In this document: positions 43,745-54,729 of the stretch, piece by piece
How positions within the stretch are numbered: the stretch's first letter is position 1
How the letters are laid out: every line of letters starts with the position of its first letter
NCBI GenBank assembly: GCA_963717505.1
Contig: OY970342.1
Location: 4,000,001-4,064,000, forward strand
DNA: 64,000 nt
Source of the DNA: Candidatus Eiseniibacteriota bacterium
Lineage (GTDB): Bacteria; Eisenbacteria; RBG-16-71-46
Direction: 5' to 3'
Translations under genes and position numbers: made by a program
Notes under the pieces: model-generated
What the model was told of the DNA's origin: nothing
The model's input: only the letters and a program-made list of their open reading frames with translations
The model's database searches: none

Positions 43745-44778
43745 CTATCGGGGCGCCGACCACGCCGTCAATCCACGCGGCTCGAACTGGAACGGCACCA
43801 CCTGGCCGCCGCGCTTCTCGAGCGCCGCCGCCACGCGATGCCGGCGATCGAAGCGCGTGAGGAACAGGAAGTAGCCGCCGCCGCCCGCCCCCGGCATCTT
43901 GCCGCCGATCGCGCCTTCGCGGCGTGCGGTGTCGTAGATGCGATCGATCTGCGGGTTCGAGATGCCGGCCTCGAGCTGCTTCTTGTCCTCCCAGGCCTCG
44001 TGGAGCAGCTCGCCGACCCGTCGAGGTCGCCCGAGCAGCAGCGCCTTCTTCATCTCGAGCGTCTGCCGCCTTCAGGCGGTGCAGCGCCTGCGACCGTCGC
44101 CCGGCGGCCACGCCGATAGTTCTCGACCTGCGCTCGATGATGTGCGCCGACTGCGCGCGTCTGGCCCATGTAGCAGAGCAGCAGTCGGTACTCGAGCTCG
44201 TGCAGCGACGTCGGGGCCGGATGCGCAGCGGATTGACCACGGTCGCGTCGCTGCGGAACTCGATGAAGTTGAAACCGCCGAACGCCGCGGCGTACTGGTC
44301 CTGGCGGCCGCCGGCGAGCCCCAGGTCCACGCGCTCGACGCGGTAGGCCAGCTCGGCGACGTCGTAGCCCGAGAGCGAGCGTCCGAGCCACTCGGCGAGC
44401 ACGCCGATCAGCGCCACGCACCAGGGTCGACGACGAGCCCAGGCCCGAGCCCGGGCGGCGCGTCGGAGTGCGCCCACAGGTCGGCGCCGCGCTTGACGCG
44501 CAGGGCCCGCACCGCGGCCTTGATCAGATCCAGGTTGCCGTCGAGCCGCATGCGCCGCGGGTGGTCGTACTTGGCGACCACGTGCCGTAGTCGAGGCTGA
44601 CGACAGCGTCCAGCGCGAGTCGCGCCGCGGCCGCAGCGACACGTAGGCGTACTGGTTGATGGTTGCCGACAGCACCATGCCGCCGTGCTCCTCGGGATAG
44701 GGCGAGACATCGGTGCCGCCGCCGCAGAACGAGAGCCGCAGCGGCGCGCGCGCGCGGAAGTAGCGGCGCGCCGCTCAT
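43745..44778 (-). CDS. hddA: GHMP sugar kinase, HddA-like (D-glycero-D-manno-heptose 7-phosphate kinase; frameshifted)
   Basis: RARAPLRLSFCGGGTD (across frames), SDAPPG.GLGSS, GGRQDQYAAAFGGFNFIEF, GGKMPGAGGGG. Confidence 0.8.
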
Positions 44779-45468
44779 GCCGCGAACTCCCGCTCCGCCC
44801 GCTCCCACTCCTCCGGCGTGCCGATGTCGAAGAACACGCCCGTCGCAGCGATGCCCGGCCAGGAGCCCCTCGGCGGCGAGCTCGCGGCAGCACGTCGCGC
44901 TCGAGCGACGATGCTCCCTCCGGCAGCCGGCGCCACAGCGCCGGCGCGAACGCGTAGAGGCCGCCGTTCACCCACGCCGGGCCGCGGAAGTCTTCGTCCT
45001 TCTCGACGAAGCGGCGATCCGGTCGTCTGCGCCCAGCTCGACGCGCCCGCGCGACCGGGCATCGTCGACGCGGAACAGTGCGACCGCGCCGAGGGCGCCC
45101 GATTCCCAGCGCGCGCGCTCGAGCGCCCACGGGTCGCACCCGGGCAGCGTGTCGCCGTTGACCACCAGCGCCGGACCGTCGACGTGCGCAGCGGCGAGCC
45201 GCAGGGCGCCGCCGGTGCCGAGCGGCTCGGATTCGATCGAGTAGTGAAGCTTCACGCCCGAGGCCCGCCGTCGCCGAGCGCCGCGCGCACCTGCTCGGCC
45301 CCGTGCCCGACGCACAGCACCGCCTCACGGATGCCACGCGACGGCGAGCCATTCGAGCAGCCGCGCCAGAAACGGCCGGCCGCCGAGCGGCGCCAGCGGC
45401 TTCGGCAGTTCGCCGAAGCGCGGGCGCAGCCGCGTGCCCAGACCGCCCGCGAGCACGAAGGCCTTCAC
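44775..45468 (-). CDS. Sugar-1-phosphate guanylyltransferase, HddC-like (frameshifted)
   Basis: VLAGGLGTRL, PKPLAPLGGRPFL, EPLGTGGAL, VVNGDT, SLERDVLP, FFDIGTPE. Confidence 0.8.
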
Positions 45469-46424
45469 TGCGTCTCCGAGTCGAGGTTGAACCGACGCCG
45501 CACCGGGTAGTCGGCACGCGCGCCGAGGTGGGCGATCATCTCGCCCGAGCAGCCCCATGAGCGACGAACTGGATGCCGACCAGGACGAGTCCGGCGCCGA
45601 ACAGCATGAGCGGCCGCACGCGGAGCGGCTCGCCGCGCACGCACTGGCCGACGAAGAACACGCCGAGCAGCATGCCGAACACCAGGAACAGCGAGCCCGA
45701 TGCGCCCGAACACATGCAGCGGCTTGAGCGCTGAGGTCGAGATGAACGCGGCCGCCATCAGGTCGAGGAAGCCGTTGACGAAACGCGCCGCGCCGAACTT
45801 GCTGTGGCCGAAGCGGCGCGCGCGATGGTGGACCGGCACCTCGCCGACGCGGAACCCGCGCCAGTGCGCGAGCGCCGGCAGGAAGCGATGCAGCTCGCCG
45901 TAGACCTCGATCGACTCGACCACCTCGCGGCGGTAGAGCTTGAGGCCGCAGTTGAAGTCGTGGAGCCGGACGCCGGCGACCATCGAGGTCACGGCGTTGA
46001 ACAGCCGCGACGGCACGCGTCTTGGTGATCGGGTCCTTGCGGTTCTGCTTCCAGCCCGAGACCAGGTCCAGCCCGCACTCGAGCGCCGCGATCAGTCGCG
46101 GCAGCTCGGCCGGGTCGTCCTGCAGGTCGGCGTCGAGCGTGACCACGTAGTCGCCGCGCACCAGTCGGAACGCCGATCGCCAGGGCCGCGGACTTGCCGA
46201 AGTTGCGTCGCAGCGACGACGCCACGCACCCGCGGGTCGCCGGACGTCAGGCGCTCGAGCACCTCGTCGGTGCCGTCGCGCGAGCCGTCATCGACGTAGA
46301 GGATCTCCCAGGATCGGCCAAGCGCTTCGAGCGCCGCGACCAGCTCGCGGTGCAGCTCGGGCAGGCTCTCGGCCTCGTTGTAGGCGGGCACCACGGCCGA
46401 GATCGACGGCCGGACCGCCGTCAA
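45465..46424 (-). CDS. ArnC/GtrB-like GT2 polyprenyl-phosphate glycosyltransferase (frameshifted)
   Basis: [58 protein letters not shown], two C-terminal TMs. Confidence 0.88.
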
Positions 46425-47401
46425 CGCGCTCGTACCCGCGCTCCGTACAGCTCGCGCGCCCACTCGGCCTCGGCGCGCGAGCCCGTCGCTCGATCGGGGT
46501 GGTCGGCGTCGAAGCCGAGATCGCGTCCGATCCGGGTCGCGTCGGCGCGGGTGCGCAGCGGATCGCCGGGCGGGCGCGGCTGGAAGTCGAGCTTCGCACT
46601 CACGCCGATCAGCGCGTTCGAGCGATGCGGATCGCCTCGAGCACCTCGACCTGCGATCCGCCGCCGACGTTGTAGACCCCCTGCGGCGCGCTTCGGCGTC
46701 CAGGCGCGCACGTTGGCCTCGACCGCGTCGGCGATGAACGTGAAGTCGCGCGACTGCCGGCCGTCGCCGTAGACGGTGATCGGCTCGCCCGCGCAGCAGC
46801 GCGCGGCAGAAGCGATGAAACGCCATGTCCGGACGCTGGCGCGGGCCGTAGACGGTGAAGTAGCGCAGCGCGGCCACCGGCAGGCCGAAGTTGCGCCCGT
46901 AGAGCAGCGTCAGGTGCTCGCCGGCGAGCTTGGTGACGCCGTAGGGCGAGAACGGCCGCGGCAGCAGGTCCTCGTCGGTCGGGTATCGCTCGGCGTCGCC
47001 GTACACCGAGGACGACGACGCGTAGACGAAGCGCTCGAGCGGACGTCCGCGATACCGCTCGAGCAGCCGCTGGGTCGCGAGCACGTTGTGATGCGTGTAG
47101 TGCGCGAACTCGGCGCCCCACGAGGCGCGCACGCCCGGCTGCGCCGCCTGGTGGAACACGACGTCGACGTCGGGCAGCGCCGCCGAGGTCGTGACGGCCC
47201 AGGTCCAGCTCGAGCAGCGTGAACGCCGGGTGACGCGAGCGCGCCCTCGAGGTTGCGCCGCTTGAGCGCCGGGATCGTAGTAGTCGGTGAAGCAGTCGAC
47301 ACCGGTGACCCGCGTCGCCGCGCGCCAGCAGGCGCTCGCGAGCGTGCGAGCCGATGAAGCCGGCGCGCCGGTGACCAGCGCGTGCGAGTCGGTCGCGTCA
47401 T
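46421..47401 (-). CDS. NAD-dependent nucleotide-sugar epimerase/dehydratase (frameshifted)
   Basis: [57 protein letters not shown]. Confidence 0.92.
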
Positions 47402-50172
47402 GCCTGGCGCCGTCGGCGTCCGTTCCGCGCGGCCGCGGCCGCGCGCGTCGGGCGGGCAGCCGAGTCGGTGCGGCGCCGGCTCGGCAGCCCCATGCCCTGG
47501 CGCTGCTGCTCCAGCATGGCGCGGGCCTGTGCGTCCTCGGGATGGCGGCGCACCCAGCGTTCGAGGTAGGTGAGCGCGCGCTCCGGCTCGTCCGATCTCG
47601 CTCAGCGCGTAGTAGGCCGCGTAGTAGGCCATCGTGTAACTCGGGATCCAGACGCGATCGACGTCCTCGAGCTCGCCAGCGCCGCGTCGACCTGCCCCTG
47701 ATAGGACAGCAGGACGCCGTAGTAGTAGCGCGCCTCCGGGTCGCGCGGATTGCGCTTCGCGATCTGTCTCGAACAGCGCCAGCGCCCGCGCCGTGTCGCC
47801 GCGCTCCATGTAGAAGCTGCCGAGCGGCACCAGCATCTCGGCGAAGTCCGGGAACATGCGCGCGACCCGCTCCATCTCGGAGATCGCGCGGTCCAGCTGC
47901 CCGAGCTGTGCGGTAGTAGAACGCGAGCTGCAGGTGGGCGGCGGCGTAGTTGCGCGACAGCGTGGCGGCGTTCTCGTCCTTGTAGACACGGTCGAGTCCC
48001 AGCTGCCGTCCGGCAGGAACAGGCCGCGATACTGGAACGTCTCGTACAGCGCCTTGCTGGTCAGTGGCTCGTTCACCACGACCTGCGACGGAGTCGGTGT
48101 TCACCTGGTAGCACCAGGCCCTCGAGCGAGAAGTACGGGTCGAGCCCCATGTGCTCGGGCACCGTGACCGCGAAGTAGGGCTGCTTGATCCAGCTGCCGT
48201 CGGGCTTGCGGTTCTCGCCCATGATGTGGCCGACCATGAAGTGGTTGGTGTAGATGAAATTGCCCGCGCTGTCGCGAATCGCGCCGGCTCCGAGCAGGTC
48301 GACCGTCCGGTCGTCGAGCGGTCGATCGGCACCTTGGGCTCCTCGTCGCGCAGCTGGCGGATGTACCAGTCGGTGTTGAGCAGGCTCAGGTTCACGACGC
48401 GCACGTCCTTGCGGAAGCCCTCGACCTGCTGCATGTACCAGAGCGGGAAGGTGTCGTTGTCGCCGTTGGTGAAGATGAACGAGTTGGGCGTCGAGCGGCG
48501 CCAGCATGTTGTAGGCGTAGTCGCGCGCCACGTAGTTGCCGCGGCGATCGTGCGTGTACCACAGGTTGCGCATCAGCAGGAACGGCATGCGCCAGCAGGG
48601 CGGCTCCGGCCAGGATCGTGACCCAGCGCCGGGACCCTGCCGGGCTTGAACGAATCGCGCACCCACGCGATCAGCCACGCCACGCCCAGCCCGATCCACA
48701 GATCGAGAATGCGTGGTAGCCGCTCTGGAAGAAGTAGTCGCGCTCTCGGACCTCATGATCGGTGAAGTTGAGGAAGACGATCATCCCGGCCGTGGTCAGG
48801 CCGAGGAAGCTCCCCGTGTACAGGAAGACTCGTGCCGTTGCGGCGCGCGAGCCAGGCGCCGCCGAGAATCCCGAGCAGCAGCGGAGCAGGATCGCACCCC
48901 AGCGCGTCGGGTCGGGGAACACCGGCCACTGGCGCCGGAAGTAGCGCCAGAACTCCTTGTTGAGCTGGCCGTCGAGCGATCCGCGACGCTCGAACATGTT
49001 CATCTCGCCGTACTGCTTGCGCTCGAGCAGGTCGCGCAGGCTGTTCCAGGTGGCGGGCGCGCCCTCGTTGATCGCCGGGTCGCTGCGCGGCGCGGATCGG
49101 CAGGTAGACGTGGGTCGAGTAGCCGGCGCACCATCAGGACCAGCGCCAGCGCGATGATCCGGCCCTCGCGATGGCGCCAGGCGAGGAAGGTCAGCGGCAC
49201 CAGGACGCCCAACAGCGCGAGCAGCGCCGTGCCCCAACCGAAGCTGGCATCGCCGAACGCCGTGCGGAGGGGCACGAGCACCGCCGCAACCCCTCCCCAT
49301 GCGACCACCGCCGGAATCTTCTTCTGCGCCCCGTAGACCAGGAACACCAGGGTCGACAAGACCATGATGCCGCCGGCCATGCGTTCGAGGCCCATGGTGA
49401 CCAGCAGCACCGACAGGAGCGGCATCAGGAACACGAGGGCCGCGCGGCGGTCGACCAAGGCGATCAGCAGCAGCAGCGGTATTCCCATGATGCCGACGCC
49501 GAGATGGAGACCGACGCACAGCCACATCACGTACACGGCGAGCAAAAGCGGACCGGCGGTCGGCGTGCGCTCGTGTTCCTCCCACCAGCGCAGTCCGAGC
49601 CAGAGCACCAGCGTCTGAGCGCAGCTGGCGAGGGCATAGACCTCGGCTTCGATCGAGTTCTCCCAGTAGGAGTCCGAGAACGCCAGCATCAGCGCTCCGA
49701 CGATCGCGCCCACGTGGGTCACGATGTGCTTCCACGTGTCGGGGTCCGCGGGGACGGCCGGGCCTGCGACCGGCGGCTCCGATCCTTCCGCATAGCCGCG
49801 CCGGGCCACCGCCTTCCAGCGATCCTTCGGATCCTGACCCGGAGCCTCGAGCCCGGCGAACGCCAGGCGGATCAGCTTGACCAGGGTCAGGTAGGTCAGC
49901 ATCACCGCCAATGCGGCCGGGATCGCCGACAGCGCGTTGACCCGTTCGGCCACCGTGTGCCACGGAATCAGGGTCGCCACGCGCCCGAGGATCACGTAGA
50001 ACGGAGTCCCGGGCGGATGAGGAATTCCGAGGATGTAGGAGACGCCGATGAACTCGCCCGCGTCCCAGAACGGGACGGTCGGGTAGAGGGTGATCAGGTA
50101 GACGGTCACGGCGACGATGAAGACCAACAGCGCCAGCAGTTGCGTGGGGCGCTTCGACCCCCAATCGATCAC
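47398..50172 (-). CDS. DUF2723/TMEM260-like GT-C protein with C-terminal TPRs (frameshifted)
   Basis: [76 protein letters not shown]; TPR tail. Confidence 0.88.
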
Positions 50173-51215
50173 GTGGACCTCCGAAACGACGCCGCCTGGA
50201 ACTTGCGCCGGGGGATGCGAGCCACGACGACAAGTCCGCCGAGCAGGCTCACGACCACCGCCACCAGGTAGGTGGTGATTTGCAGCGAGAACGCCGGCGC
50301 TCGCGCGACCCCGACCAAACCGAACAACATCACCCCCGCACCTTCACGAACCCCGATGCCGTTGAGCGAGATGGGCAGCGAGACTATCACCGCCAGCAGC
50401 GGAACGAAAAGAAAGAAGTAGGTCACGGGCACCGTCAAGCCCAGTGCGCGCGACACCAGGACGTGCACGCAGACGCGCGCGACCTGAACCACGATCGCGA
50501 TCATCAGCAGACCGAGGAACATCTGGCGGCGGCCGGCGAACTCCCGGAGACGCGTGGTGAAATCCTCCAGATGCGGGCTCAGGCGAGACAAACCGAGCCG
50601 CGCGAGCAGCCGTTCGATCCGCGGCAGGGAACGAGGATGGAACACGGCCCAGACCATGCCGACGCTCAGGGCGAAGAACACGACCACCGCCCCATATGCA
50701 ACGGACAGGTGAAATCGGTCGATGGCCGGGACGGTCGTCACCAGGGCCAGCCCGGCGAGGGCCACGGTCCCGATCAACCGATCCATCAGCACCGTGGCCG
50801 CGGCGGTGCCGCGGCTCGGTCCGTAGCGCGAGGCGTCGAGCACGCGTGCGATGTCGCCGCCGATGTTCGCCGGCAGGAAGTTGTTGAAGAACAAACCGAC
50901 ATGATAGTAGCCGCACACTTTCCAGAACGGGATTTCGATCGACGCCGCGCGCAACAGGCGCTGCCACTGCCAGGCGCCGAGCACGTTGCTGCCCAGCATG
51001 AGTCCGAGCGCCGCGACCAGCCATTCCTTGCGCGCACCGAGGATCGCAGCGCGCACTTCGTCGAGAGGGATGCGCAGGACCAGGAAGGTCATGAGGCCGA
51101 TCGACAACGCGACCTTGGCCGCGAGCATCCACCAGCCGTGGGACTTGGACTCGGGTCGCGGCTCGGGTGCTCCGGCCCCCGGCCCGTTCGCGGTGGTGTG
51201 TTCGGGCGGCGTCAC
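50169..51215 (-). CDS. Lysylphosphatidylglycerol-synthase-TM (flippase-like) membrane protein
   Basis: GLFFNNFLPANIGGD, VLMDRLIG, LPISLNGIGVREG. Confidence 0.88.
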   Translation of the reverse strand: MTPPEHTTANGPGAGAPEPRPESKSHGWWMLAAKVALSIGLMTFLVLRIPLDEVRAAILGARKEWLVAALGLMLGSNVLGAWQWQRLLRAASIEIPFWKVCGYYHVGLFFNNFLPANIGGDIARVLDASRYGPSRGTAAATVLMDRLIGTVALAGLALVTTVPAIDRFHLSVAYGAVVVFFALSVGMVWAVFHPRSLPRIERLLARLGLSRLSPHLEDFTTRLREFAGRRQMFLGLLMIAIVVQVARVCVHVLVSRALGLTVPVTYFFLFVPLLAVIVSLPISLNGIGVREGAGVMLFGLVGVARAPAFSLQITTYLVAVVVSLLGGLVVVARIPRRKFQAASFRRST

Positions 51216-52342
51216 GCGCTCGCCTCCGCCGCGGGGGCGCCGATCAACGCGTCGAGCGAACGCCGCGCGCAGTCCCGCCAGGTGAAGCGCGCCGCCCATC
51301 GCACGCCGGCTTCGGCCAGTCGCGTGCGCAAGCCATCGTCCTCGAGCACGCGGACCAGCGCGCCGGCCAGTGCCGAATCGTCGCCGAATGGCACCAGGAG
51401 ACCGGTCTCGTCGCGGCGCACCGAATCCCTCAGACCCGGGCTGTCGGCGGCAACCACCGCCGTGCCGCAGGCTCCGGCTTCGACCACCGTCAGACCCCAA
51501 CCCTCCTTCGGCGAAGGCTGGACCAGCACCCACGACGCGCGCATCCGCCGTGCCTTCTCGATCCCGGGAACGAATCCCAGGAACGACACCGCGTGGGCCG
51601 CGCCACTGCGCTCGAGCTCGGCCGCGAGCCGCTGGCGATCGGGACCGTCGCCGAGCACCACCAGGCGCGCCGACTTCAGTCGTTCGAGGATTCGTGGCAT
51701 CGCGCGAATCACCCAGTCGACGCCTTTGTACCGGCGGAGGCGCCCGACGTAGAGGATGGTCGGCTCGGACTCCTTGGGCGTGCCATCGAGCTTGAAGGTG
51801 TCGTGGTCGAGCCCGCAATGGACGACGTCGATCCGCTCGCGCGCGATGCCGCGCGCCACCAGGTCGTCGCGCGTGCTCTCCGAGATGACCAGGAAGCGCG
51901 ATCGCCGGTAGCACCAGGGGATCAGCGCCTCGAGCAGCAGAACGTAGAGCGCGACCGGCAGCGATGCCTCGCGAAACGCGGTGGTGCCGAACAGGTGCGG
52001 CACGATGGCGCCGACTCGCGCGCGCGTCCACCAGGGGGTGAAGCATGGCACCTTGTTGATGTCCTCGATCACCAGATCGGGGGCGGGGCTCGAGAACTCG
52101 CGGCGGAGCACCGCCGGAACGATCAGATTGAAGTTCCACCACGCGCCACGGCGCACCACCCGGATGCCGCTGTGCTCGGCCTCGGCCGCCGCCCCGGGAA
52201 ACCCCGAGGCGAGCCAGGTGACCCGGTGGCCGCGCCGCACCGCTTCGAGCAGGATTTCCTCGAGGTGGAGCTCGGCGCCGCCCGCTTCGGGATGCCCGGG
52301 ATCGCGAAAGTTCACCGCGAGCAGGTCGAGCGGTCTTGTCAT
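51212..52342 (-). CDS. GT4 glycosyltransferase
   Basis: RDPGHPEAGGAE, VGRLRRYKGVD, KEGWGLTVVEAGACGT. Confidence 0.92.
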   Translation of the reverse strand: MTRPLDLLAVNFRDPGHPEAGGAELHLEEILLEAVRRGHRVTWLASGFPGAAAEAEHSGIRVVRRGAWWNFNLIVPAVLRREFSSPAPDLVIEDINKVPCFTPWWTRARVGAIVPHLFGTTAFREASLPVALYVLLLEALIPWCYRRSRFLVISESTRDDLVARGIARERIDVVHCGLDHDTFKLDGTPKESEPTILYVGRLRRYKGVDWVIRAMPRILERLKSARLVVLGDGPDRQRLAAELERSGAAHAVSFLGFVPGIEKARRMRASWVLVQPSPKEGWGLTVVEAGACGTAVVAADSPGLRDSVRRDETGLLVPFGDDSALAGALVRVLEDDGLRTRLAEAGVRWAARFTWRDCARRSLDALIGAPAAEASA

Positions 52343-53118
52343 GGCTTCTCGCCGACCGTCCCGATGACGTGGCAGGTGTAGAGCGCGAGCCGATGGCGGG
52401 CGAGCCCGGCGCGCAGCGACTCCCAGCCCCGCTCCCACCACGACGGACCTCGCGGGTGGAGCGGCAATCGCGCGCCGAAGCCGCGCTTCAGGAGTTCGCG
52501 CGCCACCCGATAGCCGAGCCCGGGCACCATCCACTCGCCGTAGGTGCGGCGCACCGCGAGCCCCGCCTCGCGCATCAGGCGCTCGAGCCCGGCCGGAGTG
52601 AACTGGGTCTCCCAGCCGGCGAACCAGCGGTTCATCGCGATCAGCGCCTGCTTCATCGCGGTGTACGGATGAACCGTCTGCGGCACGTCGACGATCACCC
52701 GGCCTCCGCGCCGGGTGACCCGGACGTTTTCGCGCAGCAGCGGGCGTGGATCGCGAAAGTGCTCGAGCAACCCCTGGTGGAACACGACGTCGAACGTGCC
52801 GTCGCGAAACGGCAGCGCCAGCGCGTCCGCGCGGACCAGATGCACCGCGAGTCCCGCCTCGCGCGCCAGCCGGCGGACGATGTCGAGCGAGGCCGGCGAA
52901 TAGTCGAGCACGACGGCGATCGCGCCATCGCGCGCCAGCTCGAGCGTGTCGCGGCCCGATCCCGCGCCGACTTCCATCACCCACCGGCCGGCGACCGCGC
53001 CTTCGCGCCGGACTTCGCGCGCGAGACGGCCTCCGGTCGAATAGGTGTCCTCGATCTGCGGGTTGCCGCGCCAGTAGGACTCCCAGTGCTCGCGCGTCGA
53101 GGCGCGCTCGCCGCTCAT
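52339..53118 (-). CDS. Class I SAM-dependent methyltransferase
   Basis: MEVGAGSG, ADALALPFRDGTFDVVFHQGLLEHF. Confidence 0.88.
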   Translation of the reverse strand: MSGERASTREHWESYWRGNPQIEDTYSTGGRLAREVRREGAVAGRWVMEVGAGSGRDTLELARDGAIAVVLDYSPASLDIVRRLAREAGLAVHLVRADALALPFRDGTFDVVFHQGLLEHFRDPRPLLRENVRVTRRGGRVIVDVPQTVHPYTAMKQALIAMNRWFAGWETQFTPAGLERLMREAGLAVRRTYGEWMVPGLGYRVARELLKRGFGARLPLHPRGPSWWERGWESLRAGLARHRLALYTCHVIGTVGEKP

Positions 53119-53837
53119 TCGCCCCACCGCAGTCGCTCGCCGAGGAACGGCGGCAGCCCGGCCCCTCGAATCCGGCTGATCGCCGATTCGACGTCGTACT
53201 CGAGACGTACGAACTCGAAAGTGGTCGCCGGCTCGTCGACCAGCAGGTAGCCGGCGCGCGGATCGCCGTCGCGCGGCTGACCGACGCTCGGCACCGTCAC
53301 CAGATAGCGGCAGTCCGGCTCGACCGCGAGCGACGGAGCCCGCGTGTAACCGATCCCCTGGGGGCCGCTCACGAACGTGCCCGGGTAGTGCGAGTGGCCG
53401 ATCACGCAGATCGGCCCGGTGAACGCGTCCATCTCGTCCTGGGCGTCCTCGAGCGACAGCACGTAGCCCCAGGCCTTGGGGTTGCGCGGCGACGCGTGCA
53501 CCACGTGGAGCCCGCGCCACGCGACGCTCATCGGCAGCGCCAGCAACCAGTCTCGGTGCTCGGGGGCGAGCTGCTGATCGGTCCAGCGCGCCGCGGTCGC
53601 GGCCTCGTCGTGAAAATACTCGAGCCGGATCCGACCGACCGCCGCCAGATCGTGGTTGCCGGCCACCGCGACCTCGCAACGAGGCTTCAGCCGTGCGATG
53701 CACTCGTTGGGCGAGGCGCCGTAGCCGACGAAGTCTCCGAGGCACGCGACGTGCTCGACCCCGCGTCGATCGAGATCGGCGAGCACGATCTCGAGTGCTT
53801 CGAGGTTGCCGTGGATGTCGCTGACCACCGCGTTCAC
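53115..53837 (-). CDS. Metallophosphoesterase
   Basis: SDIHGN, LGDFVGYG, GNHD, HASP, GHSH, SVGQPRDGDPRA. Confidence 0.92.
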   Translation of the reverse strand: MNAVVSDIHGNLEALEIVLADLDRRGVEHVACLGDFVGYGASPNECIARLKPRCEVAVAGNHDLAAVGRIRLEYFHDEAATAARWTDQQLAPEHRDWLLALPMSVAWRGLHVVHASPRNPKAWGYVLSLEDAQDEMDAFTGPICVIGHSHYPGTFVSGPQGIGYTRAPSLAVEPDCRYLVTVPSVGQPRDGDPRAGYLLVDEPATTFEFVRLEYDVESAISRIRGAGLPPFLGERLRWGE

Positions 53838-54256
53838 GCCTTGAACTCCTCGGGGCGCAGGTTGCGGGCGATGCGATCGAGCACGCCGTTGACGAATCGG
53901 GCCGAGTCCTCGCTGCCAAAGCGGCGCGCGATGTCGATGGCCTCGTCGAGCACGACCCGCGCCGGCGTGCCGGCGCGCTCGCTCAGCTCGGCCGATGCCG
54001 CGCGCAACACCGCGCGGTCGGTCGCCGACATGCGATCGATCGGCCAGTGCTCGGCTGCAGCCGCGATGCGCGCGTCGACCGCCGCCGGGTCGCGCGCCAG
54101 GGCGGCGACGATGTCGTCGACCAGCGCCTGGGGGTCCTCGCCCAGCGGCTCCTCGTCGCGCAGCCGCCGCCACACGACTTCGACCGCGTCGCGATTGGCG
54201 TCGGCCTCGTAGGCCACGCGGAACGCCAGCTCGCGCGCCCGCCGACGCGCGGTCAA
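53834..54256 (-). CDS. nusB: Transcription antitermination factor NusB
   Basis: RRRARELA, WPIDRMSATDRAVLR, VVLDEAIDIARRFG, FVNGVLD. Confidence 0.95.
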   Translation of the reverse strand: MTARRRARELAFRVAYEADANRDAVEVVWRRLRDEEPLGEDPQALVDDIVAALARDPAAVDARIAAAAEHWPIDRMSATDRAVLRAASAELSERAGTPARVVLDEAIDIARRFGSEDSARFVNGVLDRIARNLRPEEFKA

Positions 54257-54729
54257 CGGACCCTCATCGCCCGGCGCACGCGCGCCATCTGGATCGCCGC
54301 CAGCGCGACCTCGGACCCGCGGTTGCCGTGCGACCCGCCGGTGCGCGCGTCGGCCTGTGCGGCGTCGTGCACCGCGAGCACGGCGTTGAGCACCGGCACC
54401 CCGGTCTCGAGGGCCACGCGCATCAGGCCGTCGGTCGCGGCTTCGGCGACCAGCCGGAAGTGTTCGGTCTCGCCGCGAATCACGACCCCGAGCGCCACGA
54501 TCGCGTCGAAGCGTCCGGTCTGCGCCGCCCAGCGACACGCGAGCGGCAGCTCGAAGCCGCCCGGGACACGAATGATCTCGAGGTCCGACGGCGCCGCTCC
54601 GCGCTGGCGCAGGGTCTCGAGCGCAGCGGTCAGCATGCGCTGGACGTGCGCCTCGTTGAAGCGTGAAGCCACCAGACAGAACCGGTGGCCGCGCGCATCG
54701 TGATCTCCGACGATTTCGCGAACGGTCAC
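54253..54729 (-). CDS. ribH: 6,7-dimethyl-8-ribityllumazine synthase
   Basis: [27 protein letters not shown]. Confidence 0.96.
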   Translation of the reverse strand: MTVREIVGDHDARGHRFCLVASRFNEAHVQRMLTAALETLRQRGAAPSDLEIIRVPGGFELPLACRWAAQTGRFDAIVALGVVIRGETEHFRLVAEAATDGLMRVALETGVPVLNAVLAVHDAAQADARTGGSHGNRGSEVALAAIQMARVRRAMRVR

